A stretch of DNA of 64,000 nucleotides from the NCBI GenBank assembly GCA_965655095.1, contig OZ296648.1, positions 78,244,001 to 78,308,000 of the forward strand, read 5' to 3'. This DNA comes from Haplodiscus bocki (Eukaryota). Positions 42,801 through 57,200 of this stretch are shown piece by piece; positions within the stretch are counted from its first letter, which is position 1; each line of letters starts with the position of its first letter. The notes below the pieces were generated by a model, which searched no databases, had not been told where the DNA came from, and saw only the letters and a list, made by a program, of their open reading frames with translations. A program made the translations under genes and the position numbers.

Positions 42801-45800
42801 CTTTTTGATAGCAACTTTTTAACGGTGTTTCAGGCAGCACGTTTGTACGGTACTCTTTCGACGCAGAATTCGATACGGTGTTTTTGGAAGCAATTTTCTA
42901 ACGGTGTTTCCGGTAGCACGTTTGTACGGTACTCTTTCGACGCAGAATTCGATACGGTGTTTTTTGTAAGCAATTTTTTACCAGTGTTTTGAGCAGCACT
43001 TTTGTACGACAAGTTTTCGTCGAGCAATTCGATACGGTCTTTCTTCCATGGCAATTTATTAACGGTGATATGGGCAGCACTTTTGTATGACACTTTTTTG
43101 ACGACAATTTTGATACTGTTTATTTTTGAAAATGGTCTTTTAACGGTGTTTAAGGAAACACTTTCGTGCTGTACCTCATTGACAGGCATTTTGATCCGGT
43201 CCTTTTTTGATAGCGGTTTTCTTTGTTTGTTTCGGGCAGCACTTTTGTACGGTACTTTTTCGACAAACTTTGTCCGAGACGAAGAACAGAACACTGCAAA
43301 ACTGACGGAGAAAACAAGCAAGAGCCCAGAAAAAAAAACAATCACAGTCGCTAGATGTTCGTACATTACCGCTGCGTTTGTTTAAAAACTCAAACAGAAA
43401 AGGCCAGCAAGGAGCTTCCTCACCTGAACCATAGTTTAAAGTACCAGTATCAGAATCAAATTTCTTTCTTGAACTTTCGATCTGCTCCTTTTTGGCATCA
43501 ATCAAAATGTTCCGTGGGCTAAGTTGGAATCGTCAATCGTATTTTTCTCAAACTCCGCTGAATCCGGCAACTCACTTTCTGATTAGATACGTTGATTAAA
43601 TCCAGAGTCTGGCGGTGAACAACTTTCAACTGAATATAAAGTCAAAGGGTTAAATCCATCCAATCCGATGAAATCTACCGCTACATAACAATGCGTTAAA
43701 GAAGGCATTCTTGAGGGTGGTTAGACATTAAATTATTTGACTCTTGTTGACCAACGCGCGGACAAAATGATGGAATTGTTCGTCAAAGTTTCCACTTCCA
43801 GTCCGCTAACAAGCAATTGCTTTGGCAACTGATGAAGATGGGTTCTACGACACTGCTGAAGTTATAAAGCCGCCGCTCAAATTGGAGTAGTAGGCAGCGA
43901 GGTTAAAGACAATAGCCCGTATCCAAAAACTTTTGTTGGGGTCAGCCTTATGTCGAAACTTGGAGACAGTTTGCAAAACTGTCAAAAGAAACCACGCGAG
44001 TACAAATGTGAATCTGAATCCTGCACCCACGGGACTTGATGTACATGCCCACACATTTGCCAGAAAAGTGCTCCTACTCACTGGTATCAAAGACTGTGAC
44101 ATCAGAATATCTGGGAGAGAAGGTGACCATATCAAAATGGCCCATCCAAAAGAAGAAAGCATTGCGTTAGCTCACATTCCAAGAAAAGCTCTTGATATTT
44201 TTTATTTGGATGTTTCGTTTATGGAGGAAATGTACCGAATTTTTCTTTCTTTTGATGTTTTTCATCTTTCAAAACTCTTTAGATGATCACAAAAGTCATC
44301 CTCAAACGTGTATCCAGAACCACAGACTCTCAGACTAGTTCACCCTACGGTCTGTTAAACCGGCTCTGAATAACTAAGTGATATGATTAACTGGAATGTT
44401 TTTAATTAGTTTGATACAACTTCTAAATCGAAAGTCTTTTAGAAAAATTTCCACAGATATTGTTGAAGAGCCTTTCCATATGGTCTTTTTGATAGCAACT
44501 TTTTAACGGTGTTTCAGGCAGCACGTTTGTACGGTACTCTTTCGACGCAGAATTCGATACTGTGTTTTTGGAAGCAATTTTCTAACGGTGTTTCCGGTAG
44601 CCCGTTTGTACGGTACTCTTTCGAGGCAGAATTCGATACGGTGTTTTTTGTAAGCAATTTTTTAACAGTGTTTTGAGCAGCACTTTTGTACGACAAGTTT
44701 TCGTCGAGCAATTCGATACGGTCTTTCTTCCATGGCAATTTATTAACGGTGATATGGGCAGCACTTTTGTATGACACTTTTTTGACGACAATTTTGATAC
44801 TGTTTATTTTTGAAAATGGTTTTTTAACGGTGTTTAAGGAAACACTTTCGTGCTGTACCTCATTGACAGGCATTTTGATACGGTCCTTTTTTGATAGCGG
44901 TTTTCTTTGTTTGTTTCGGGCAGCACTTTTGTACGGTACTTTTTCGACAAACTTTGTCCGAGACGAAGAACAGAACACTACAAAACTGACGGAGAAAACA
45001 AGCAAGAGCCCAGAAAATAAAACAATCACAGTCACTAGATGTTCGTACATTACCGCTGCGTTTGTTTAAAAACTCAAACAGAGAAGGCCAGCAAGGAGCT
45101 TCCTCACCTGAACCATAGTTTAAAGTACCAGTATCAGAATCAAATTTCTTTCTTGAACTTTCGATCTGCTCCTTTTTGGCATCAATCAAAATGTTCCGTG
45201 GGCTAAGTTGGAATCGTCAATCGTATTTTTCTCAAACTCCGCTGAATCCGGCAACTCACTTTCTGATTAGATACGTTGATTAAATCCAGAGTCTGGCGGT
45301 GAACAACTTTCAACTGAATATAAAGTCAAAGGGTTAAATCCATCCAATCCGATGAAATCTACCGCTACATAACAATGCGTTAAAGAAGGCATTCTTGAGG
45401 GTGGTTAGACATTAAATTATTTGACTCTTCTTGACCAACGCGCGGAGAAAATGATGGATTTGTTCGTCAAAGTTTCCACTTCCAGTCCGCTAACAAGCAA
45501 TTGCTTTGGCAACTGATGAAGATGGGTTCTACGGCACTGCTGAAGTTATAAAGCCGCCGCTCAAATTGGAGTAGTAGGCAGCGAAGTCAAAGACAATAGC
45601 CCGTATCCAAGCACTTTTGTTGGGGTCAGCCTTATATCGAAACTTGGAGACAGTTTTTAAAACTGTCAAAAGAAAGCACGCGAATACAAATGTGGTTCTG
45701 AATCCTGCACCCACGGGATATGATGTAAATGCCCACACTTTTGCCAGAAAAGTGCTCCTACTCACTGGTAGCAAAGACTGTGAAAACAGAATATCTGGGA

Positions 45801-48800
45801 GAGAAGGTGACCATATCAAAATGGCCCATCCAAAAGAAGAAAGCATTGCGTTAGCTCACATTCCAAGAAAAGCTCTTGATATTTTTTATTTGGATGTTTC
45901 GTTTATGGAGGAAATGTACCGAATTTTTCTTTCTTTTGATGTTTTTCATCTCTCAAAACTCTTTAGATGATCACAAAAGTCATCCTCAAACGTGTATCCA
46001 GAACCACAGACTCTCAAACTAGTTCACCCTACGGTCTGTTAAACCGGCTCTGAATAACTAAGTGATATGATTAACTGGAATGTTTTTAATTAGTTTGATA
46101 CAACTTCTAAATCGAAAGTCTTTTAGAAAAATTTCCACAGATATTGTTGAAGAGCCTTTCCATATGGTCTTTTTGATAGCAACTTTTTAACGGTGTTTCG
46201 GGCAGCACGTTTGTACGGTACTCTTTCGACGCAGAATTCGATACGGTGTTTTTGGAAGCAATTTTCTAACGGTGTTTCCGGTAGCACGTTTGTACGGTAC
46301 TCTTTCGACGCAGAATTCGATACGGTGTTTTTTGTAAGCAATTTTTTACCAGTGTTTTGAGCAGCACTTTTGTACGACAAGTTTTCGTCGAGCAATTCGA
46401 TACGGTCTTTCTTCCATGGCAATTTATTAACGGTGATATGGGCAGCAGTTTTGTATGACACTTTTTTGACGACAATTTTGATACTGTTTATTTTTGAAAA
46501 TGGTCTTTTAACGGTGTTTAAGGAAACACTTTCGTGCTGTACCTCATTGACAGGCATTTTGATCCGGTCCTTTTTTGATAGCGGTTTTCTTTGTTTGTTT
46601 CGGGCAGCACTTTTGTACGGTACTTTTTCGACAAACTTTGTCCGAGACGAAGAACAGAACACTACAAAACTGACGGAGAAAACAAGCAAGAGCCCAGAAA
46701 AAAAAACAATCACAGTCGCTAGATGTTCGTACATTACCGCTGCGTTTGTTTAAAAACTCAAACAGAGAAGGCCAGCAAGGAGCTTCCTCACCTGAACCAT
46801 AGTTTAAAGTACCAGTATCAGAATCAAATTTCTTTCTTGAACTTTCGATCTGCTCCTTTTTGGCATCAATCAAAATGTTCCGTGGGCTAAGTTGGAATCG
46901 TCAATCGTATTTTTCTCAAACTCCGCTGAATCCGGCAACTCACTTTCTGATTAGATACGTTGATTAAATCCAGAGTCTGGCGGTGAACAACTTTCAACTG
47001 AATATAAAGTCAAAGGGTTAAATCCATCCAATCCGATGAAATCTACCGCTACATAACAATGCGTTAAAGAAGGCATTCTTGAGGGTGGTTAGACATTAAA
47101 TTATTTGACTCTTCTTGACCAACGCGCGGAGAAAATGATGGATTTGTTCGTCAAAGTTTCCACTTCCAGTCCGCTAACAAGCAATTGCTTTGGCAACTGA
47201 TGAAGATGGGTTCTACGACACTGCTGAAGTTATAAAGCCGCCGCTCAAATTGGAGTAGTAGGCAGCGAGGTTAAAGACAATAGCCCGTATCCAAAAACTT
47301 TTGTTGGGGTCAGCCTTATGTCGAAACTTGGAGACAGTTTGCAAAACTGTCAAAAGAAACCACGCGAGTACAAATGTGAATCTGAATCCTGCACCCACGG
47401 GACTTGATGTACATGCCCACACATTTGCCAGAAAAGTGCTCCTACTCACTGGTATCAAAGACTGTGACATCAGAATATCTGGGAGAGAAGGTGACCATAT
47501 CAAAATGGCCCATCCAAAAGAAGAAAGCATTGCGTTAGCTCACATTCCAAGAAAAGCTCTTGATATTTTTTATTTGGATGTTTCGTTTATGGAGGAAATG
47601 TACCGAATTTTTCTTTCTTTTGATGTTTTTCATCTTTCAAAACTCTTTAGATGATCACAAAAGTCATCCTCAAACGTGTATCCAGAACCACAGACTCTCA
47701 GACTAGTTCACCCTACGGTCTGTTAAACCGGCTCTGAATAACTAAGTGATATGATTAACTGGAATGTTTTTAATTAGTTTGATACAACTTCTAAATCGAA
47801 AGTCTTTTAGAAAAATTTCCACAGATATTGTTGAAGAGCCTTTCCATATGGTCTTTTTGATAGCAACTTTTTAACGGTGTTTCGGGCAGCACGTTTGTAC
47901 GGTACTCTTTCGACGCAGAATTCGATACTGTGTTTTTGGAAGCAATTTTCTAACGGTGTTTCCGGTAGCCCGTTTGTACGGTACTCTTTCGAGGCAGAAT
48001 TCGATACGGTGTTTTTTGTAAGCAATTTTTTAACAGTGTTTTGAGCAGCACCTTTGTACGACAAATTTTCGTCGAGCAATTCGATACGGTCTTTCTTCCA
48101 TGGCAATTTATTAACGGTGATATGGGCAGCACTTTTGTATGACACTTTTTTGACGACAATTTTGATACTGTTTATTTTTGAAAATGGTTTTTTAACGGTG
48201 TTTAAGGAAACACTTTCGTGCTGTACCTCATTGACAGGCATTTTGATACGGTCCTTTTTTGATAGCGGTTTTCTTTGTTTGTTTCGGGCAGCACTTTTGT
48301 ACGGTACTTTTTCGACAAACTTTGTCCGAGACGAAGAACAGAACACTACAAAACTGACGGAGAAAACAAGCAAGAGCCCAGAAAATAAAACAATCACAGT
48401 CACTAGATGTTCGTACATTACCGCTGCGTTTGTTTAAAAACTCAAACAGAGAAGTCCAGCAAGGAGCTTCCTCACCTGAACCATAGTTTAAAGTACCAGT
48501 ATCAGAATCAAACTTCTTTCTTGAACTTTCGACCTGCTCCTCTTTGGCATTAATCAAAATGTTCCGTGGCCTAAGTTGGAATCGTCAATCGTATTTTTCT
48601 CAAAATCCGCTGAATCCTGTAACTCACTTTCTGATTAGATACGTTGGTTAAATCCAGAGTCTGGCGGTGAAGAACTTTCAACTGAATATGAAGTCAAAGG
48701 GTTAAATCCATCCAATCCGATGAAATCTACCGCTACATAAGTTTCGTTAAAGAAGGCATTCTTGCGGGTGGTGAGACATTAATTTCTTTGATGATTCTTG

Positions 48801-51800
48801 AACAATTCGGGGACAAAAAGATGGAATTGTTCGTCAAAGTTTCCACATCCAGTCCGCTATCAAGCAATTGCTTTGGCAACTGATGAAGATGGGTTCTACG
48901 GCACTGCTGAAGTTATAAAGCCGCCGCTCAAATTGGAGTAGTAGGCAGCGAAGTCAAAGACAATAGCCCGTATCCAAGCACTTTTGTTGGGGTCAGCCTT
49001 ATATCGAAACTTGGAGACAGTTTTTAAAACTGTCAAAAGAAAGCACGCGAATACAAATGTGGTTCTGAATCCTGCACCCACGGGATATGATGTAAATGCC
49101 CACACTTTTGCCAGAAAAGTGCTCCTACTCACTGGTAGCAAAGACTGTGAAAACAGAATATCTGGGAGAGAAGGTGACCATATCAAAATGGCCCATCCAA
49201 AAGAAGAAAGCATTGCGTTAGCTCACATTCCAAGAAAAGCTCTTGATATTTTTTATTTGGATGTTTCGTTTATGGAGGAAATGTACCGAATTTTTCTTTC
49301 TTTTGATGTTTTTCATCTCTCAAAACTCTTTAGATGATCACAAAAGTCATCCTCAAACGTGTATCCAGAACCACAGACTCTCAAACTAGTTCACCCTACG
49401 GTCTGTTAAACCGGCTCTGAATAACTAAGTGATATGATTAACTGGAATGTTTTTAATTAGTTTGATACAACTTCTAAATCGAAAGTCTTTTAGAAAAATT
49501 TCCACAGATATTGTTGAAGAGCCTTTCCATATGGTCTTTTTGATAGCAACTTTTTAACGGTGTTTCGGGCAGCACGTTTGTACGGTACTCTTTCGACGCA
49601 GAATTCGATACGGTGTTTTTGGAAGCAATTTTCTAACGGTGTTTCCGGTAGCACGTTTGTACGGTACTCTTTCGACGCAGAATTCGATACGGTGTTTTTT
49701 GTAAGCAATTTTTTACCAGTGTTTTGAGCAGCACTTTTGTACGACAAGTTTTCGTCGAGCAATTCGATACGGTCTTTCTCCCATGGCAATTTATTAACGG
49801 TGATATGGGCAGCACTTTTGTATGACACTTTTTTGACGACAATTTTGATACTGTTTATTTTTGAAAATGGTCTTTTAACGGTGTTTAAGGAAACACTTTC
49901 GTGCTGTACCTCATTGACAGGCATTTTGATACGGTCCTTTTTTGATAGCGGTTTTCTTTGTTTGTTTCGGGCAGCACTTTTGTACGGTACTTTTTCGACA
50001 AACTTTGTCCGAGACGAAGAACAGAACACTGCAAAACTGACGGAGAAAACAAGCAAGAGCCCAGAAAAAAAAACAATCACAGTCGCTAGATGTTCGTACA
50101 TTACCGCTGCGTTTGTTTAAAAACTCAAACAGAGAAGTCCAGAAAGGAGCTTCCTCACCTGAACCATAGTTTAAAGTACCAGTATCAGAATCAAACTTCT
50201 TTCTTGAACTTTCGACCTGCTCCTCTTTGGCATTAATCAAAATGTTCCGTGGCCTAAGTTGGAATCGTCAATCGTATTTTTCTCAAAATCCGCTGAATCC
50301 TGCAACTCACTTTCTGATTAGATACGTTGGTTAAATCCAGAGTCTGGCGGTGAAGAACTTTCAACTGAATATGAAGTCAAAGGGTTAAATTCATCCAATC
50401 CGATGAAATCTACCGCTACATAAATTTCGTTAAAGAAGGCATTCTTGCGGGTGGTGAGACATTAATTTCTTTGATGATTCTTGAACAATTCGGGGACAAA
50501 AAGATGGAATTGTTCGTCAAAGTTTCAACATCCAGTCCGCTATCAAGCAATTGCTTTGGCAACTGATGAAGATGGGTTCTACGGCACTGCTGAAGTTATA
50601 AAGCCGCCGCTCAAATTGGAGTATTAGGCAGCGAAGTCAAAGACAATAGCCCGTATCCAAGCACTTTTGTTGGGGTCAGCCTTATATCGAAACTTGGAGA
50701 CAGTTTTTAAAACTGTCAAAAGAAAGCACGCGAATACAAATGTGGTTCTGAATCCTGCACCCACGGGATATGATGTAAATGCCCACACTTTTGCCAGAAA
50801 AGTGCTCCTACTCACTCGTAGCAAAGACTGTGAAAACAGAATATCTGGGAGAGAAGGTGACCATATCAAAATGGCCCATCCAAAAGAAGAAAGCATTGCG
50901 TTAGCTCACATTCCAAGAAAAGCTCTTGATAGTTTTTATTTGGATGTGTCGTTTATGGAGGAAATGTACCGAATTTTTCTTTCTTTTGATGTTTTTCATC
51001 TTTCAAAACTCTTTAGATGATCGCAAAAGTCATCCTCAAACGTGTATCCAGAACCACAGACTCTCAGACTAATTCATCCTACGGTCTCCTAAACCGGCTC
51101 TGAAAAACTAACTGATATGATTGACTGGAATGTTTTTAATTAGTTTGATACAATTTCTAAATCGAAAGTCTTTTAGAAAATATTCCACAGTTAATGTTGA
51201 GGAGCCTTTCCATACGCTCCTTTTCGATAGCAACTTTTTAACGGTGTTCCGGGCAGCACGTTTGTACGGTACTCCTTCGACGCAGAAATCGATACTGTGT
51301 TTTGGGAAGCAATTTTCTAACGGTGTTTCGGGCAGCACGTTTGTGCGGTACTTTTTCGACGCAGAATTCGATACGGTGTTTTTTGTAAGCAATTTTTTAA
51401 CAGTGTTTTGAGCAGCACTTTTGTACGACAACTTTTTGTCGAGCAATTCGGTACGGTCTTTCTTCCATGGCGATTTATTAACGTTGATATGGGCAGCACT
51501 TTTGTATGAAACTTTTTTGACGACCATTTTGATTTGGTTTTTTTTTGAAAATGGTTTTTAACGGTGTCTACGGAAGCACTTTCATGCTGTACCTCTTTGA
51601 CAGGCATTTTGATACGGTCCTTTTTTGATAGCGATTTTCTGTGTGTGTTCCGGACAGCTCTTTTGTACGGTACTTTTTCGACAAAATTTTCCAGAGGCAA
51701 AGAACAATATACTAAAAAACTGACGGAGAAAACAAGCAAGAGCCCAGAGAAAAAATAATCACTCTCGTCAGATATTCGTACATTACCGCTGCGTTTGTTT

Positions 51801-52217
51801 AAAAGCTGAAACAGAAAATGTGAGCAAGGGGATTCCTCCGCTGAACCATAGTTTAAAGTACCAGTATCAGAATCAAAACTCTTTCATGAACTTTCGACCT
51901 GCTCCTGTTCGGCATCAATCAAAATGTTCCGTGGCATAAGTTGGAATCGTCAATCCTGTTTTCCTCAAAATCCTTTAAATTATCCAAATCACTCTCTGAT
52001 TAAATACGTTGATTAAATCCGGAGTCTGGCGGTGAAGAAATTTCAACTGAATATAGAGACAAAGGGTTGAATTCATCAAATCCGATGAAACCTTCCGCTA
52101 CATAAAAATGCGTTGAAGAAGGCATTCTGGAGGGTGGTTAGACATTAAATTATTTGACTCTTCTGGACCAACGCGCGGACAAAATGATGTATTTGTTCGT
52201 CAAAGTTTCCACTTCCA

Positions 52218-52574
52218 GTCCACTATCAAGCAATTGCTTTGGTAGCTGATGAAGATGGGTTCTACGACACTGCCAAAGGTAAAAATCCGCCGTTCAAATT
52301 GGCATACGAGGCAGCAAAATCAAAAGCACTAGCCCATAACCAAAAACTTTTGTTGGGGTCAGCCTTATGTCGAAACTTGGAGACAGTTTGCAAAACTGTC
52401 AAAAGAAACCACGCGAGTACAAATGTGAATCTGAATCCTGCACCCACGGGACTTGATGTACATGCCCACACATTTGCCAGAAAAGTGCTCCTACTCACTG
52501 GTGTCACAGACTGTGACATCAGAATATCTGGGAGAGAAGGTGACCATATCAAAATGGCCCATCCAAAAGAATAA
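52218..52574 (+). pseudogene. uS5-like copy 32, open through both domains, truncated by TAA after HPKE
   Basis: Reads YQAIALVADEDGFYDTAKGKNPPFKLAYEAAKSKALAHNQKLLLG...PAPTG...GVTDC...HPKE*. It has TAC where most copies have TAG. Confidence 0.7.
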
Positions 52575-53900
52575 AGCATTGCGTTAGCTCACATTCCAAG
52601 AAAAGCTCTTGATATTTTTTATTTGGATGTTTCGTTTATGGAGGAAATGTACCGAATTTTTCTTTCTTTTGATGTTTTTCATCTCTCAAAACTCTTTAGA
52701 TGATCACAAAAGTCATCCTCAAACGTGTTTCCAGAACCACAGACTCTCAGACTAGTTCATCCTACGGTCTCTTAAACCGGCTCTGAATAACTCAGTGATA
52801 TGATTAACTGGAATACTTTTAATTAGTTTGGTACAACTTCTAAATCGAAAGTCTTCTAGAAAAAATTCCACAGTTAATGTTGAGGAGCCTTTCCATACGG
52901 TCCTTTTCGATAGCAACTTTTTAACGGTGTTTCGGGCAGCACGTTTGTACGGTACTCGTTCGACGCAGAATTCGATACTGTGTTTTTGGAAGCAATTTTC
53001 TAACGGTGTTTCGGGCAGCACGTTTGTACGGTACTATTTCGACGCAGAATTCGATACGGTGTTTTTTGTAAGCAGTTTTTTAACAGTGTTTTGAGCAGAA
53101 CTTTTGTACGACAAGTTTTCGTCGAGCAATTTGATACGGTCTTTCTTTCATGGCAATTTATTAACGGTGATATGGGCAGCACTTTTGTATGACACTTTTT
53201 TGACGACAATTTTGATACGGTTTTTCTTGAAAATGGTTTTTTAACGGTGTTTAAGGAAACACTTTCATGCTGTACCTATTTAACAGGCGTTTTGATACGG
53301 TCCTTTTTTGATAGCGATTTTCTGTGTGTGTTCCGGACAGCTCTTTTGTACGGTACTTTTTCGACAAAATTTTCCAGAGGCAAAGAACAATATACTAAAA
53401 AACTGACGGAGAAAACAAGCAAGAGCCCAGAGAAAAAATAATCACTCTCGTCAGATATTCGTACATTACCGCTGCGTTTGTTTAAAAGCTGAAACAGAAA
53501 ATGTGAGCAAGCGGATTCCTCCCCTGAACCATAGTTTAAAGTACCGGTATCAGAATCAAAACTCTTTCATGAACTTTCGACCTGCTCCTCTTCGGCATCA
53601 GTCAAAATGTTCCGTGGCTTAAGTTGGAATCGTCAATCCTGTTTTCCTCAAAATCCGCTAAAACCTCCAAATCACTTTCTGATTAAATACGTTGATTATA
53701 TCCGGAGTCTGGTGGTGAAGAAATTTCAACTGAATATAGAGACAAAGGGTTGAATTCATCAAATCCGATGAAATCTTCCGCTACATAAAAATGCGTTGAA
53801 GAAGGCATTCTTGAGTGTGGTTAGACATTAAAGTATTTCACTCTTCTTAACCAACGCGCGGACAAAATGATGTATTTGTTCGTCAAAGTTTCCACTTCCA

Positions 53901-54257
53901 GTCCACTATCAAGCAATTGCTTTGGTAGCTGATGAAGATGGGTTCTACGACACTGCCAAAGGTAAAAATCCGCCGTTCAAATTGGCATACGAGGCAGCAA
54001 AATCAAAAGCACTAGCCCATAACCAAAAACTTTTGTTGGGGTCAGCCTTATGTCGAAACTTGGAGACAGTTTGCAAAACTGTCAAAAGAAACCACGCGAG
54101 TACAAATGTGAATCTGAATCCTGCACCCACGGGACTTGATGTACATGCCCACACATTTGCCAGAAAAGTGCTCCTACTCACTGGTGTCACAGACTGTGAC
54201 ATCAGAATATCTGGGAGAGAAGGTGACCATATCAAAATGGCCCATCCAAAAGAATAA
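53901..54257 (+). pseudogene. uS5-like copy 33, translation identical to copy 32
   Basis: Track ORF 53922-54257 has the same translation as 52239-52574, 1683 bp away. Confidence 0.7.
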
Positions 54258-57200
54258 AGCATTGCGTTAGCTCACATTCCAAGAAAAGCTCTTGATATTT
54301 TTTATTTGGATGTTTCGTTTATGGAGGAAATGTACCGAATTTTTCTTTCTTTTGATGTTTTTCATCTCTCAAAACTCTTTAGATGATCACAAAAGTCATC
54401 CTCAAACGTGTTTCCAGAACCACAGACTCTCAGACTAGTTCATCCTACGGTCTCTTAAACCGGCTCTGAATAACTCAGTGATATGATTAACTGGAAAACT
54501 TTTAATTAGTTTGGTACAACTTCTAAATCGAAAGTCTTCTAGAAAAAATTCCACAGTTAATGTTGAGGAGCCTTTCCATACGGTCCTTTTCGATAGCAAC
54601 TTTTTAACGGTGTTTCGGGCAGCACGTTTGTACGGTACTCGTTCGACGCAGAATTCGATACTGTGTTTTTGGAAGCAATTTTCTAACGGTGTTTCGGGCA
54701 GCACGTTTGTACGGTACTATTTCGACGCAGAATTCGATACGGTGTTTTTTGTAAGCAGTTTTTTAACAGTGTTTTGAGCAGAACTTTTGTACGACAAGTT
54801 TTCGTCGAGCAATTTGATACGGTCTTTCTTTCATGGCAATTTATTAACGGTGATATGGGCAGCACTTTTGTATGACACTTTTTTGACGACAATTTTGATA
54901 CGGTTTTTCTTGAAAATGGTTTTTTAACGGTGTTTAAGGAAACACTTTCATGCTGTACCTCTTTAACAGGCGTTTTGATACGGTCCTTTTTTGATAGCGA
55001 TTTTCTGTGTGTGTTCCGGACAGCTCTTTTGTACGGTACTTTTTCGACAAAATTTTCCAGAGGCAAAGAACAATATACTAAAAAACTGACGGAGAAAACA
55101 AGCAAGAGCCCAGAGAAAAAATAATCACTCTCGTCAGATATTCGTACATTACCGCTGCGTTTGTTTAAAAGCTGAAACAGAAAATGTGAGCCAGCGGATT
55201 CCTCCCCTGAACCATAGTTTAAAGTACCGGTATCAGAATCAAAACTCTTTCATGAACTTTCGACCTGCTCCTCTTCGGCATCAATCAAAATGTTCCGTGG
55301 CGTAAGTTGGAATCGTCAATCCTGTTTTCCTCAAAATCCGCTAAAACCTCCAAATCACTTTCTGATTAAATACGTTGATTATATCCGGAGTCTGGTGGTG
55401 AAGAAATTTCAACTGAATATAGAGACAAAGGGTTGAATTCATCAAATCCGATGAAATCTTCCGCTACATAAAAATGCGTTGAAGAAGGCATTCTTGAGTG
55501 TGGTTAGACATTAAAGTATTTCACTCTTCTTGACCAACGCGCAGACAAAATGATGTATTTGTTCGTCAAAGTTTCCACTTCCAGTCCACTATCAAGCAAT
55601 TGCTTTGGTAGCTGATGAAGATGGGTTCTACGACACTGCCAAAGTTAAAAAGCAGCCGTTCAAATTGGCATACGAGGCAGCAAAATCAAAAGCACTAGCC
55701 CATAACCAAAAACTTTTGTTGGGGTCAGCCTTATGTCGAAACTTGGAGACAGTTTGCAAAACTGTCAAAAGAAAGCACGCGAGTACAAATGCGAATCTTA
55801 ACCTGCACCCACGGGACATGATGTACATGCCCACACATTTGCCAGAAAAGTGCTCCTACTCACTGGTGTCAAAAACTGTGACATCAGAATATCTGGGATA
55901 GAAGGTGACCATATCAAAATGGCCCATCCAAAAGAATAAAGCATTGCGTTAGCTCACATTCCAAGAAAAGCTTTTGATATTTTTTATTTGGATGTTTCGC
56001 TTATGGAGGAAATGTACCGAATTTTTCTTTCTTTTTATGTTTTTCATCTTTCAAAACTCTTTAGATGATCACAAAGGTCATCCTCAAACGTGCATCCAGA
56101 ACCACAGACTCCCAGACAATTCATCCTACGGTCTCTTAAACCGGCTCTGAATAACTAAGTGATATGATTAACTGGAATGTTTTTAATTAGTTCGATACAA
56201 CTTCTAAATCGAAAGTCTTTTAGAAAAAGTTCCAAAGTTAATGTTGAGGAGCCTTTACATACGGTCCGTTTTGATAGCAACTTTTTAACGGAGTTTCGGG
56301 CAGCACGTTTGTACGGTACTCTTTCGACGCAGAATTCGATACTGTGTTTTTGGAAGCAATTCTCTAACGGTGTTTCGGGCAGCACGTTTGTACAGTACTC
56401 TTTCGACGCAGAATTCGACACCGTGTTTTTTGTAAGCAATTTTTAACAGTGTTTTGAGCAGCACTTTTGTATGACAAGTTTTCGTCGAGCATTTCGATAC
56501 GGTCTTTCTTCCATGGCGATTTATTAACGGTGATATGGGCAGAACTTTTGTATGACACTTTTTTGACGACATTTTTGATACGGTTTTCTTTTGAAAATGG
56601 TTTTTTTAACGGTGCTTAAGGAAACACTTTCGTGCTGTACCTATTTGACAGGCATTTTGATACGGTCCTTTTTTGATAGCGGTTTTCTTTGTGTGTTTCG
56701 GGCAGCACTTTTGTACGGTACTTTTTCGACAAACTTTGTCAGAGACAAAGAACAGAATACTGCAAAACTGAAGGAGAAAACAAGCAAGAGCCCAGAAAAA
56801 AAACAATCACAGAAACTAGATGTTCGTACATTACCGCTGAGTTTAATTAAAAGCTCAAACAGAGAAGGCAAGCAAGGAGCTTCCTCACTTGAACCATAGT
56901 TTAAAGTACCAGTATCAGAATCAAATTTCTTTCTTGAACCTTCGACCTGCTCCTCTTTGGCATCAACCAAAATGTTCCGTGGCCTAAGTTGGAATCGTCA
57001 ATCGTATTTTTCTCAAAATCCGCTGAATCCTGCAACTCACTTTCTGATTAGATACGTTGATTAAATCCAGAGTCTGGCGGTGAAGAACTTTCAACTGAAT
57101 ATAAAGTCAAAGGGTTAAATTCATCCAATCCGATAAAATCTAACGCTACATAAAAATGCGTTAAAGAAGGCATTCTTGCGGGTGGTGAGACATTAATTTC

